Shown here piece after piece: positions 10,701 through 19,933 of a DNA stretch of 56,714 nt (position 1 is its first letter; each line of letters opens with the position of its first letter). A model generated the notes under the pieces. It did no database searches. It had not been told where the DNA came from and saw nothing but the letters and a program-made list of their open reading frames with translations. Both the position numbers and the translations under genes were made by a program. Source of the stretch: a virus (taxonomy: Duplodnaviria > Caudoviricetes); the IMG/VR virus record IMGVR_UViG_3300030104_007656, positions 1 through 56,714 of that record; one strand, 5' to 3'.

Positions 10701-13269
10701 CAAAAGTCAAGCGGTCAAGTTCACTTGGTGTACACATATAAGAAACATCTTTAATGAAAGTCTGAACTTGAGTAAATGTGGGATCGGTTTTTTCATTTCC
10801 TCTCATGTTATATAAATTTGCTTCTTTTGCAATTTCTACTATATCAATATCACTCAAATATTCATTAAGGTCTAAAAACCCGTAGCGAAGATCTTTTAGA
10901 ACATCCTCTAAAGTGTCTTGATCAGGTCCATCAGGACCACAACCTAGAGATGCCTTTATTACATCTTTGACAATACCCAGTGCAATACTTTTAATAAACC
11001 CTAAAATAATTTGTATAACCATTTCTTCATAGAGTTCTGTTTGTCTTTGGTGTTTTGATTTAGTAAATCCTTGCAAACCCTTTGGCACTTTAAGATCAAT
11101 AGTAAGAGGAAATCCTATGCCAGGTGGTTTACCAGAAGCATCTAACTCTGGTGACATATTTTTAGGATCTAGTATTTGGGTCTCTATTACATTCCCCATC
11201 ACATCTAATCCACAGAATATTTCTTGGTTTATTCTCTTCTCTATTTCTCTAATATATAAGCGAGGGTTATCCATGGCGCGAGCGGCGTCGCCCAGGGGAT
11301 CATCGGGATTATTAAGTCCAGCCCGGAGCGAATCAGATAGATATGCCTTTGTTACTTCATCCTTGATAAGTTCATCTCTTGCCAATAAAATGGCTTGGCG
11401 AAGAAGGGATCTCATTTTTGATTTTCCAGAAATATTTTGCCAGAATCGCAAGACATCTCCGAGGGCTTGGGCTTGGGCTGTATTACAATCACCACCCCCC
11501 ATATCACTCAAAATCGTAGTTATTTGATAGAATGGATATTTGTTTTTGTTTCTTCTTTTGAGGTTTTCTATTATTTCATTACCCTCTTTATTAAGATTGA
11601 TTATCTTAGTATAAAGTTTTTGTCTTCTTAGGAGTCTAAAGTTTAATAATGATTCTTCTGCTTTTTCTCTGATTTTCTTTGGTGAAAGTTGTACTGCTGG
11701 GTAGATGTATTCTTTAAAGAAATCGGGCCATGGCAGTCTTGAATCTTCGGCTCTCAAAGACTCATCAGAGTAAATTTCATAACTACTTTTAATAAGACTA
11801 AATGTCGTAGGACTCAACAAAGAGAAGGCATTAAGAATTTTCCTGGGGGTTTCTTCGTTTTCCTGTGTGCCATAAAATGTTTTATTTCCTATACCTCGTG
11901 TCATGATAAAACCATTTACTACAAAATATTTGAGTTTATATTCTTCAGAGAAAACAAATTCAACTACGTCGTCATCATTTAGAGTAAATTTGTTGTAAAT
12001 ATATGCCAACGACAACATGTCAATAAAAGAATCCAAGCGAGTAGCTTCTTGATTTAGATTTATGCCCTGTATATCTTCAGGATTTATGCCTTCTTCTTTT
12101 AATTGAATTGAGTACTCCCTAACTGAAGAGACAACTCTTGGAATATATCGGATTAGGTTTGCTACTCTTACAAATTTTCTATGAACAGGTGGAACAGCCT
12201 CTGGGTTGATAAGTATCTGTGCTTTTTCTAAGGGCGTCTTTTCAAATTCATCATATGCTATTGTGGGTCCGCTTCCAGCGTCCAAAGGTCTTATCACACT
12301 TCTTTTAACTCTTACTGCATGTATCCAGCGAGAACCAGGGCGGGGATCTAAGTGTGATATAAAATTAATACTCTCAGAATCTAGTCCAATATTTACAAGT
12401 CTTGTCAAGTTTTCATCAGAATATTTTCCTGTAAACTTCAGCACGCCTGCAAGTCCCTCTCTAACAGCCTTAAGTACAACCCTGGCTGCTTCGTCGGACG
12501 ATCTCCAATAAGACATATCAAAAGTTCGCGTGGAAGCTATATCTGTTCTTGCTGTAAAATAAAACTTATCATCAATAGTATTATAATATACTTTGTTTGT
12601 ATCTGTCCCTGGTCCACAATTGGCTCTCCAGTCATAAATGTCAACATTATTATCGCTGCTGACGAATGAAGTAGCAACAGTGGACATGGAAAAATTTTCA
12701 ATACTCTCAAGCGAATCTAAACTTATTTGGTTCTCTAATCCCACAGAGGACCTCATAAGAGCAAGATATTCATTTGAATGTAGAGAAGGGATAGCAATCA
12801 AACGAGAAGCTAATCCAGCAGGACCCAGGTTGTTGACATTTTCTGGAAGTAAGGAAGAAGGTGTTGAATTAGAGGTATATTTATCAATAGCTCTGATTTG
12901 TTCTAGCCTTGTTACTAGTGTGAGTAATTCTTGATTGGATTTTTCTGCGCTTGGCATCTCTAATTTTATTTTATTACTAATTTCAACTATTATGCTATTC
13001 TGAGGGTATAAAGTGTTATAAGCCTGTAAATCAACTTTTGTAATCTTTAGATTGGGCGTATCTTTTTCAATCCTTAAAGCTTGTAAATCTTCTACACTAA
13101 GTTCTATTACTTGATCTTGTGGTAAAAACATATAATAATTTACACAAGCATCATGAATGACATCTAATACAAATTTGTTTCTATAATCACTGTAATTATA
13201 GCCCATTGAGTCTGCCCAAATGAGAGCAAAAGGATTTACAATATTTTTCTGTTGTTTATTTATTGTCAT
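7747..13269 (-). CDS. Large hypothetical protein, probably virion/baseplate-associated
   Basis: 1840-aa uninterrupted ORF, translationally coupled to the gp25-like gene. No motif recognised. Confidence 0.8.
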   Translation of the reverse strand: MTINKQQKNIVNPFALIWADSMGYNYSDYRNKFVLDVIHDACVNYYMFLPQDQVIELSVEDLQALRIEKDTPNLKITKVDLQAYNTLYPQNSIIVEISNKIKLEMPSAEKSNQELLTLVTRLEQIRAIDKYTSNSTPSSLLPENVNNLGPAGLASRLIAIPSLHSNEYLALMRSSVGLENQISLDSLESIENFSMSTVATSFVSSDNNVDIYDWRANCGPGTDTNKVYYNTIDDKFYFTARTDIASTRTFDMSYWRSSDEAARVVLKAVREGLAGVLKFTGKYSDENLTRLVNIGLDSESINFISHLDPRPGSRWIHAVRVKRSVIRPLDAGSGPTIAYDEFEKTPLEKAQILINPEAVPPVHRKFVRVANLIRYIPRVVSSVREYSIQLKEEGINPEDIQGINLNQEATRLDSFIDMLSLAYIYNKFTLNDDDVVEFVFSEEYKLKYFVVNGFIMTRGIGNKTFYGTQENEETPRKILNAFSLLSPTTFSLIKSSYEIYSDESLRAEDSRLPWPDFFKEYIYPAVQLSPKKIREKAEESLLNFRLLRRQKLYTKIINLNKEGNEIIENLKRRNKNKYPFYQITTILSDMGGGDCNTAQAQALGDVLRFWQNISGKSKMRSLLRQAILLARDELIKDEVTKAYLSDSLRAGLNNPDDPLGDAARAMDNPRLYIREIEKRINQEIFCGLDVMGNVIETQILDPKNMSPELDASGKPPGIGFPLTIDLKVPKGLQGFTKSKHQRQTELYEEMVIQIILGFIKSIALGIVKDVIKASLGCGPDGPDQDTLEDVLKDLRYGFLDLNEYLSDIDIVEIAKEANLYNMRGNEKTDPTFTQVQTFIKDVSYMCTPSELDRLTFGDGDNTLYELILETVQDGVITFPADPNTDPEDEANETRTIDPTVYGDIKFSVEKIQDFFIKLGDKMRDENAEELAKFTFSPLEAYCAGRETSLDTLGLDISKEQLESQYISLAQDKIAKINTMCDWLRGLENIEIKILELINSLPIMEGYNEILQTIAEFSEALWQTIADLWDKLFSEPPKDAEDPTFNLYTTAIGQDLFYSVRKLISQRIMVAQARAMKDGFFSYRAPAPAWRVGHKRSRVNLPYPAPEKLKDPWFSYWDVFSDIDDQEASYSVRTAPTPLRNDLVEITQEEGNGDLPVLYEKLHKKLMQYFDEQNEVVPPDQYLYGGGFPYCFMVSSNPSDGGIRVLTNIKKKKESPAPGENPFERRWKILSEYRPQPGDTEEGVGNIDYHRLFSGIRSRQVGGEFTGGPLVEGEFAESEETPLMPPRANKLVNHLVNNVMHGVISWRLVYGSVGNRLADDMIVPSGVVETDTSPNQDTPVTAFTETDSKLGGNRDSMSIGNYTEFIDEQINDQYIRSDKRSGLLAYIRATNKPPFIVNDDVCVTNEEVMIAQSIVMCIQSRLQYFFMNVVPLTRVYPHWNSLATRKMIDDYLYRKILEELENKSLTYLMYDKALVLQKVFGDVPENNLHFSDIQTPKDFIKELIGKTYDSMLNIIANDGATNSSGINKSIFADPEARVTLNRYERVLLAFYKELQLGLEAEPESFDLTVDQATAAITFISETLTEKIGDTDTYRLTQKGYEYGTYYLPLAPFIGLYLISYDRVVDLTKRFKSGRVRTQIEISAADDSLLSNLTEQVVTKYQDEIQRYPVPVVTWEGIEVMYYTNQDVLDRIEVLEATIYNEWSSVLRRTWPEFFARWGGIDTPREVFETVTFAAQNVYWKYQQNPPQAELTLRNVAATIMGMFSQDYTPVIGEEDYKYYVALQFVNGLRNGSLSPSFEEVFEDLANFATLNPKAEGNNYNLYKRRQQAPDEKRRLEALLIS

Positions 13270-13274
13270 AGTTT

Positions 13275-14195
13275 TTAGTTCGTAGTGTTAAATTTACTCT
13301 TAAAATTGTAAAATGCAAAAGGATTCTTATCCGAGAAATTAAGTTTATGAAACACACTCTTAAGAGTCCAGACATTCATTCTAATTATATGAGGAACTAT
13401 AGACCACATCATTCCCTTTAGTTTTAATTGGGCCGGAACGGCGACGTAGGATACTTTTGATTGAGAAGCCATATAAGTCAACAAAAGTTTAAGTTGAAAA
13501 TCCAGAAATCCTAAAAGCTCCGAGGTTAGATCTTGCTGTCTCACTAGAAGCTCTTGTAGGTCTTTACCTTTTACCAGTGGTTGTAAATTTCTATCATCGT
13601 TACCAGCAATTAGATCAATGCCTCTAACTTGGGTGCCGATAAACCAACCAGAACCAGCAGCATATTTATCAGTTCCGGTTACAATCTTTATACCTTGTCT
13701 TCCAACAATCCGGACAGAATCTGATTTTATAACAATGGCTGGTTCATTTTTTACAAAGCCGACTTTTCCCTCAACTATGCCAAAATATTCATCAGAATCT
13801 ATGTTGGCTGCTTGTTGAGTCATATAAATTCTGGAAGAATCCATATATGTGCTTGGATCTGTTGCTATTGGGTTTCCTTCGGCATCTGCTTCCTTTGCAC
13901 AAACACCATTCAATCCAGCTATTAAGTCTATTCTTGCTACATTGGTCCAGCGACCTTTGCCGCCCAATCCCTGTGCTCTAGTCCCTGGTCTATCTCGTCC
14001 AAGAATAATAACAGCATTAGATTGTCCGTCAATGACTTTTTCGGCAGGAGTAACAGTCAATTTTGGCTTAGCAGCCAACATTGGACCATTACCAAACCCA
14101 GATGATTTATCTTCAATCTCTCCAGGGTTCTGTTTTAGTCTTTTTTCTTTTGTAGCATCTAAAAATGTATCTGCTATTGTTGGTCTTCTAGGCAT
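13275..14195 (-). CDS. Putative baseplate hub/spike protein (gp5/gpV-like)
   Basis: GQSNAVIILGRDRPG, SSRIYMTQ, AIVIKSDSVRIVGRQGIKI beta-strand repeats and QPLVKGKDL, as seen in jumbo-phage spike proteins. Context fits. Confidence 0.55.
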   Translation of the reverse strand: MPRRPTIADTFLDATKEKRLKQNPGEIEDKSSGFGNGPMLAAKPKLTVTPAEKVIDGQSNAVIILGRDRPGTRAQGLGGKGRWTNVARIDLIAGLNGVCAKEADAEGNPIATDPSTYMDSSRIYMTQQAANIDSDEYFGIVEGKVGFVKNEPAIVIKSDSVRIVGRQGIKIVTGTDKYAAGSGWFIGTQVRGIDLIAGNDDRNLQPLVKGKDLQELLVRQQDLTSELLGFLDFQLKLLLTYMASQSKVSYVAVPAQLKLKGMMWSIVPHIIRMNVWTLKSVFHKLNFSDKNPFAFYNFKSKFNTTN

Positions 14196-14197
14196 CT

Positions 14198-15337
14198 TTA
14201 TTTCCGCTCATACTGATTGGGCCAAAAATCTGTTTCAGGATCAGAGTGTGCCCCATACTGTGAAACTTGTCCTCCTGTAGTCCATCCAGACTCATGATCA
14301 TATACTACACCAAAATGCAAATGGGGTGGTCCTGCACCGGATTCTCCCGATAAAGCTATTTGATCTCCTGCTTTTACTTTCTTTCCTGAGCCGAAAGCTC
14401 TTGCAGAAGTTGCTACGGAATCTTTTGTAAGGTGCATATAAAGAGTATAAAAAGTATTATCTTTAGTATCTGCCTTATATGCTGTGTGTTTAATGACAGC
14501 ATAATATCCGGCACCATGAGTTTCTGGGTTTTGTGATTCGGCGGCGTAAATGAGTTCGCCATCTAAAGCTGCATAGACGTGTTTATTAACTGGTGTTCTC
14601 AGATCTACGCCTTTGTGATTTGCTGATCCCCCAGGAGGTGGCACTCTTGGTCCAAAAGGTGAAATTATAGTACCTACTGCTGCGGAATTTGTGGTAGGTT
14701 GTGCTGTCAGAGGTCCTTTTGGATAATCTCCGGTGTTTGATCTGGGTATTGGTACTTTCTTTATAGGTCCGCCAGGGGCGTTCCTTGATCGGGAACAAGC
14801 TTTCTTGACTGTTGATTTTTTTGCTTTACCTTCTCCCGGTATTGGAGCTTGACAATTTTCGGATGTTTCGCCCCAATCTGGATCGAGGCTAATTACTTTA
14901 ATAATTGTAGCGCCGATAGCGGCAGTGAAACAAGTATTAGGGTTGTTGATTCTTATTTGTACTTTAGCGCCTGCAATAATGGGCTGCCCCACTATAGCCT
15001 CATCAATATCACATACAATTTGAGGCAAATCAACAGCATTATCATCAGAATTTACAGGTCTGGGACACACATAACTTCTGGGGTCTTCTTCAACTCTTAC
15101 TTTATATGTTACATGTCTATTGTGGTCTTCTGCAAAGAAACTTCCAAGTCTCTCATACCATCGGGGCTCACGGAGAGGACCAGTCAAGCACTTTGCTGTA
15201 AGAACTACATTTTCTTTATATGTGCTTTTTTTCTCAGTTAGTTTTCGGTTACCTTGACGGAGTAACCCATCAACACCATCGGACGGACGCCAGGAAATCT
15301 GACATAAATCAACTGGTTTGTTATCAGAATCTGACAT
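14198..15337 (-). CDS. M23 family peptidase (virion-associated peptidoglycan hydrolase) with N-terminal extension
   Basis: ISPFGPR...HKGVDL, YTLYMHL, VKAGDQIALSGESG.GPPHLHF: the HxxxD and HxH zinc motifs of M23. Confidence 0.9.
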   Translation of the reverse strand: MSDSDNKPVDLCQISWRPSDGVDGLLRQGNRKLTEKKSTYKENVVLTAKCLTGPLREPRWYERLGSFFAEDHNRHVTYKVRVEEDPRSYVCPRPVNSDDNAVDLPQIVCDIDEAIVGQPIIAGAKVQIRINNPNTCFTAAIGATIIKVISLDPDWGETSENCQAPIPGEGKAKKSTVKKACSRSRNAPGGPIKKVPIPRSNTGDYPKGPLTAQPTTNSAAVGTIISPFGPRVPPPGGSANHKGVDLRTPVNKHVYAALDGELIYAAESQNPETHGAGYYAVIKHTAYKADTKDNTFYTLYMHLTKDSVATSARAFGSGKKVKAGDQIALSGESGAGPPHLHFGVVYDHESGWTTGGQVSQYGAHSDPETDFWPNQYERK

Positions 15338-15342
15338 TCTTA

Positions 15343-15633
15343 TTACTCCTTGTTGAGCATATCAAATAACTGATTTTTGTCTGCTTCTGACAATCCGTCT
15401 TGTTTTGTTGCTATATCTTTTTTATAAACCAAAGTTGCCAACTTGACAAGTTGTTCGTTACTTCTTTGGAGTGTTTCTACAAACTTGGCTGCGACTGGAC
15501 CGCTATCAGAGTAACGATCAGCCGAAACAACCATGTATTCTTTAAGATTGGAAAGCAAGTCTTCAGTGACTTGGCGATCCTTATTTATATTATCTAGAGC
15601 TTGCTCTATTAGGGATTCTAGGTTCTTTTTCAT
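15343..15633 (-). CDS. Hypothetical helical protein
   Basis: 96-aa ORF in operon orientation, preceded by the CTATTTA motif. Confidence 0.75.
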   Translation of the reverse strand: MKKNLESLIEQALDNINKDRQVTEDLLSNLKEYMVVSADRYSDSGPVAAKFVETLQRSNEQLVKLATLVYKKDIATKQDGLSEADKNQLFDMLNKE

Positions 15634-15637
15634 ACAA

Positions 15638-15644
15638 TAAATAG
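15638..15644 (-). promoter_or_regulatory. Putative phage late promoter motif (CTATTTA)
   Basis: Minus strand reads CTATTTAttgtATG at the head of the baseplate operon. Confidence 0.5.
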
Positions 15645-15648
15645 GAAG

Positions 15649-16350
15649 TCACTTAATTTCTCCTTCATTCCACTTACTCTTGAAAACTCTGAACTTCTCT
15701 CTCATCTTGTTTAAGCAACTGACTATCTGCTTTGTATTCAATCCTGTGATCTCTCTCATATACAGATAAATTGCTTTCTTATTGAAAATTTCTATTTGGT
15801 CCACGTTGTTCATAAGGGTCAAAATTGCGTTTAGGACTTTTTCCTCGTTTGGTTTCAGGTTTGGATTATGCCAGCTTTTTATTTCTACTAATAAAAAGTG
15901 CCAAAATTCTCTTTCTTCTTGTTCGTCAAATAGGTCTTCGTTGTCACTATTGGACACAGCCTCAATCTCGCGGATCATTGAATCATATTCAATCTCGCGA
16001 CGGTTCTTTTTAGTCTGTTGTTTTGCTTTGTGGGTGAACCAGTTTTTTGTGACCACAGAAAAATATGAAAAGGCTTTTGTTCCCTGGGACGGGTCAAACT
16101 TTCCTAAGATAGTTGTTAGCCAGACTTTACAATCTTCCTTTAGATAATCAATGTTTTCCAGGGAAGTAAATTTGTAAGTATAAACAATCTTTGTCACAAG
16201 TTCATTGAAGGCTGGTTGAATATGTTGTACATACAACTCTGTTCTTTTTGTAAGATTGTCAGTTGCACAGTAATCAATAATTGCTTGCTCTGTAACTTTT
16301 GTAAAATAATGATTTTTCTTTTTAGCTTTTCTAGCCATCATCCTCTCCAT
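15649..16350 (-). CDS. Late-transcription sigma factor, T4 gp55-like
   Basis: NHYFTKVTEQAIIDY and KFDPSQGTKAFSYFSVVTKNWF (sigma region 2), plus C-terminal NKKAIYLYMREITGLNTKQI HTH-like segment. True start is probably 16338/16341, after GGAGAGG. Confidence 0.75.
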   Translation of the reverse strand: MERMMARKAKKKNHYFTKVTEQAIIDYCATDNLTKRTELYVQHIQPAFNELVTKIVYTYKFTSLENIDYLKEDCKVWLTTILGKFDPSQGTKAFSYFSVVTKNWFTHKAKQQTKKNRREIEYDSMIREIEAVSNSDNEDLFDEQEEREFWHFLLVEIKSWHNPNLKPNEEKVLNAILTLMNNVDQIEIFNKKAIYLYMREITGLNTKQIVSCLNKMREKFRVFKSKWNEGEIK

Positions 16351-16627
16351 ATAACATGCGGGTGTTTATTTGGACGAAATCCTCTACATCATTACTTAGA
16401 TCCTTGGTATGATTTAGAAGACCCTGAAGTGTTTGATCGCCATAAAATGTTTCTAGCCCATAAACTTGGGTTAGATGTTCTTTATAAGAATCAATTGAGT
16501 CCTGTAATGAGTTGATATCATCTGTTGTCATTTTCACGAATTTTATTAGATTGCGACAATACCAAACTAAAAATACATTAGCTGATATTGATAGAGCCAA
16601 AACTAAAACTAATAACGCATCAATCAT
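16331..16627 (-). CDS. Membrane-anchored coiled-coil protein
   Basis: N-terminal hydrophobic helix followed by heptad pattern; overlaps its neighbours. Confidence 0.7.
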   Translation of the reverse strand: MIDALLVLVLALSISANVFLVWYCRNLIKFVKMTTDDINSLQDSIDSYKEHLTQVYGLETFYGDQTLQGLLNHTKDLSNDVEDFVQINTRMLYGEDDG

Positions 16628-16890
16628 CTTTTTTCTCTCGCTATCTTTTTTAGTTCTTGTTTTGTTTTCATTAGTTCTTTTTTTCCGTCATGAATTGCTT
16701 CATGGACCTCTGTGCCGATCTTTTTATCTTTTGTGACACTAGTATTTTTGACCACAGATATTGCACTTCCTAAATTCTTTTTTATATTCGTAGAATTACA
16801 ATGAATGCAAGTTATTCCCGGCTCACGATATCGGTGTCTAATCTCAAACTCTTTATTACATTCTTGACACAGATAATGATAAAGAGGCAT
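16624..16890 (-). CDS. FmdB-family zinc-ribbon protein
   Basis: MPLYHYLCQECNKEFE...CIHCNS matches the MPxYxYxCxxC...CxxC pattern. Confidence 0.85.
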   Translation of the reverse strand: MPLYHYLCQECNKEFEIRHRYREPGITCIHCNSTNIKKNLGSAISVVKNTSVTKDKKIGTEVHEAIHDGKKELMKTKQELKKIAREKR

Positions 16891-17099
16891 TATTCTACTT
16901 CAAACTTGTTTTCTTCATTTGTAGTCTCGGTTGAGACAGTTGGTGGATTTACCACATAAACCAAGTCATCACGGACTGTCAGGTTCCAATCAGCTAACAG
17001 TTCTGTAATGTCAGTTTCTTCAGATAAACACTTTTGCAGCGTCATCAAAAGAGCGCCGATTGCTTGTGGTGATAGTTTTATTTGCATTTGAATCTCCAT
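16890..17099 (-). CDS. Hypothetical protein
   Basis: 69 aa, TAATG-coupled to the next gene, preceded by an ATACTTA motif at 17108-17114. Confidence 0.7.
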   Translation of the reverse strand: MEIQMQIKLSPQAIGALLMTLQKCLSEETDITELLADWNLTVRDDLVYVVNPPTVSTETTNEENKFEVE

Positions 17100-17115
17100 T
17101 TCTAATATAAGTATA

Positions 17116-17829
17116 TTATAAAGGCAAGCCTTTTTTAAATCTTTCTTCCCATAAAATCAAATCTTTTTCAAAATCCGACTTAGTATGTACTGCTTTTCCT
17201 TTGCGAGCAAGCCATTTAGCGGCATACATTGGAAAATGATTTGCGTAATAATCACAAGTTTCTTCCCACTGGTCTACTGATATGGATTTCCCATAATGTC
17301 TTACAGAACCCTCATCCAAAATCCTATAGGAATTCAGAGAACATTCTCTTTGGTCCAATCCATGATATCCCGTAGTAGCGCCGTACCTGAAAGCAAATAG
17401 AATTGATCTGTACTCAGGTCCAATCCATTTTCTTTCTGTATATTTTTTATTTACATCTTCCTCTGTAATATAAAAATCAAATAACCTCATTCTTACAGCG
17501 TCTAAATTGTTATTTAGTTTTTGCCAATTGAACTCTATACGCTCATCAGCATCCATATAAACAAACCAATCATTTTCTGAGAGGTATTTTGATGCTTCTG
17601 TATAAACAGCATGTCTATTTTGAAATTCTGCACGGGCTCTGAACTGGTCCCAAGACTGACCTTCAATTACCGATGTCACTATTGGATGACTCTTACAAAT
17701 CTCAACTGTATTATCTTCAGAGAAATCATCGTATACAAAAACTTGTTCGCAAAACTCTGCCATATGGTCCAGAGTCTCTTGCATGATTTCTGATTCATTC
17801 CGAACCCTTGTCAGTCCGACAATCTTCAT
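17116..17829 (-). CDS. Glycosyltransferase family 2 (GT-A)
   Basis: RVRNESEIM...VYDDFSEDNT...DWFVYMDADE (DxD motif). Confidence 0.9.
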   Translation of the reverse strand: MKIVGLTRVRNESEIMQETLDHMAEFCEQVFVYDDFSEDNTVEICKSHPIVTSVIEGQSWDQFRARAEFQNRHAVYTEASKYLSENDWFVYMDADERIEFNWQKLNNNLDAVRMRLFDFYITEEDVNKKYTERKWIGPEYRSILFAFRYGATTGYHGLDQRECSLNSYRILDEGSVRHYGKSISVDQWEETCDYYANHFPMYAAKWLARKGKAVHTKSDFEKDLILWEERFKKGLPL

Positions 17830-18707
17830 AATTGTAGATACTCCTGTATTTGCTTTTGAATGTTTAAATTTTCTAAAGCATATTCTCTGTTTTTATTACC
17901 TTGAGTGTGGTCGTATTTGTTTATCTCATTTATGAGACTCTCTTTTGTAACGGGCTGTTGTGTTTTTCTTCCAGAGCAATTATTTTCTAAAAAACCATCA
18001 ATGTTGTGTGATGTTACCATGCCGTCCATAAGTCCCGGTTGATATGGTCTCTGGTCGGCAATTAGAACAGGCTTTCCGCACGCCATTCCTTCATACGCTC
18101 CGCGACCGAGGCTTACTACCAGATCTGCTGTTTTTATCACATTTTGGATGTCAAGTCGTGGTGAGGTGAATTTATTATTATATTCTACCGTTATTCCTAA
18201 TTCAGACCCGATCTCTAATAACATCTGATTGAATTGGTCCGATTGTGATAAGCTAAACATTTTGTTAAGATTTTTTGAAGGACTCTGATCAGGACAAAAA
18301 AGTTCACAATTTATACCGTTATGTATCAACGTTGATTCAATTCCTTTGGTAGATAAATAATCCTGAACTTCTTTAGAAATAGAAACATGTCGTATTCCTG
18401 GCACTGGCTGCTCAAGGTGTGGAAAAATACCATGACATGTTTGAATTATGTTTGAGCCTGGGAATAAATTTAAAACACCATTCACAATAGTTGTGTGGTT
18501 TAGGAACGCCACATCATAAGAATTGGACATTTTATTAATAGAACACCCAAGATTGGATTTTATTATCTCAGACATAACACCCTCTTGCATGGTGAGAATA
18601 TCTACATGGTGTCCGAGGCGAACTAGTTCTTGAGCCATCGTATAAATAAATGTTTCACTACCGCCTAAAGTATGTAAGTGATTTTGTCCTAATAAAATTT
18701 TCTTCAT
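17826..18707 (-). CDS. Glycosyltransferase family 4 (GT-B)
   Basis: MKKILLG...GGSETFIYTMA..L.RLGHHV, IHNGI, GRGAYEGMACGKPVL. Start moved to ATG 18707 because of the TAATG coupling. Confidence 0.9.
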   Translation of the reverse strand: MKKILLGQNHLHTLGGSETFIYTMAQELVRLGHHVDILTMQEGVMSEIIKSNLGCSINKMSNSYDVAFLNHTTIVNGVLNLFPGSNIIQTCHGIFPHLEQPVPGIRHVSISKEVQDYLSTKGIESTLIHNGINCELFCPDQSPSKNLNKMFSLSQSDQFNQMLLEIGSELGITVEYNNKFTSPRLDIQNVIKTADLVVSLGRGAYEGMACGKPVLIADQRPYQPGLMDGMVTSHNIDGFLENNCSGRKTQQPVTKESLINEINKYDHTQGNKNREYALENLNIQKQIQEYLQL

Positions 18708-19933
18708 TACGAGGTTACTTGTCCGGAAAGAAAGTAAAAATTCCACAACATAGAGTATAAAACCTCATCGGAGATTAGCTTGTCTCTGGTATTACTGTGA
18801 GTATGTTTTAAAGAACCCTTTGTGTCATCTAATTTTGAGGACAGAACTAAAGATTCTGCATGATACAAATATACATCAGCACCAGCATAATAAACCTTGT
18901 GACCTAATTGAGAAACTCTTAGGCAAAGATCTGCATCTTGATAACTGCAAGCAAGGGTTTGACAGAAGCCACCAATCTCTACAAATGTTTCAAGATCAAT
19001 AATTTGAAATGCACCTGTAACAAACTTTGTTTCTCTGTTGGTATTAACCTTGTGGTTATCTTTGTCGCTAAATCTTCCATAATGAACCGGAGACATAAAA
19101 ATATGTGCTTGATCTCTCAAGAATGGTGTAGTCACTACATAAGTTCCGCCACCATACTGAACTTTGCCGAAAACACCACGCTCACGAACGGATTCTTCGG
19201 AGGTTTGGAAATCTTTTGCTAATTCTCTGTAGGTCTTATCTTCATCTATAAGATGGCAAAATCCCGTCTCAGGATACAACAACTTTGCACCAGTTATTTT
19301 AGTGCCTGTCTTTTTTGCTTTAGCGTGGGCTTTCAACAGTGTTGGTACAGCTTTTTTATTAGGAGCCCACAGATCAGCATTCCACAAAATAATATCTTCA
19401 TGACCCAGGCGATGATATAAGAAAGCCCCTATATTATTGAGCATAGAAAAGTTAAAAACATCCGACGCATAATCAACCCTAATATAAACTGCGCCATGGC
19501 GGTTAGCAAGTTGTTCTATTTCTTCTGGTTCTTCGGATCTGTCGTCAATAACTGTAACATTGGCAACATTGTTTACACCCATCTCCTCAAGATTTTGCAA
19601 AGTAAATTCTAAGAGATTTACATTATCTTTAATAGGAAGCAAGAGTCCTGGTTTATCAGGATCTATATTCTTAAGGTTTTGATAAGTTACTTTATATTCT
19701 ACATTCTTGCCGGCAAACGGGTAATTGCCAACTGAATTAGATTCTAGAATTTCAATATAATTGGATATCCTGGGATATATGTCCCTCTTTGAATGAACTA
19801 TTGAAATTTCATCCTGCTGGAATTCTGCTTGAATTCTATTGACTTCTGATAGCGCCTCTTTGTTCAATCCCTCATTTTGGGAAAAAATATTACAGTTCAA
19901 GTATTTGTGCGTCGTCGGTTTCTCCCGAAGCAT
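18707..19933 (-). CDS. Glycosyltransferase family 2 (RfbC-like)
   Basis: VIDDRS, FNFSMLNNIG, ILWNAD, GAKLLYP, VTGAF, GGF...YQDADLCLR, YHAES. Confidence 0.85.
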   Translation of the reverse strand: MLREKPTTHKYLNCNIFSQNEGLNKEALSEVNRIQAEFQQDEISIVHSKRDIYPRISNYIEILESNSVGNYPFAGKNVEYKVTYQNLKNIDPDKPGLLLPIKDNVNLLEFTLQNLEEMGVNNVANVTVIDDRSEEPEEIEQLANRHGAVYIRVDYASDVFNFSMLNNIGAFLYHRLGHEDIILWNADLWAPNKKAVPTLLKAHAKAKKTGTKITGAKLLYPETGFCHLIDEDKTYRELAKDFQTSEESVRERGVFGKVQYGGGTYVVTTPFLRDQAHIFMSPVHYGRFSDKDNHKVNTNRETKFVTGAFQIIDLETFVEIGGFCQTLACSYQDADLCLRVSQLGHKVYYAGADVYLYHAESLVLSSKLDDTKGSLKHTHSNTRDKLISDEVLYSMLWNFYFLSGQVTS

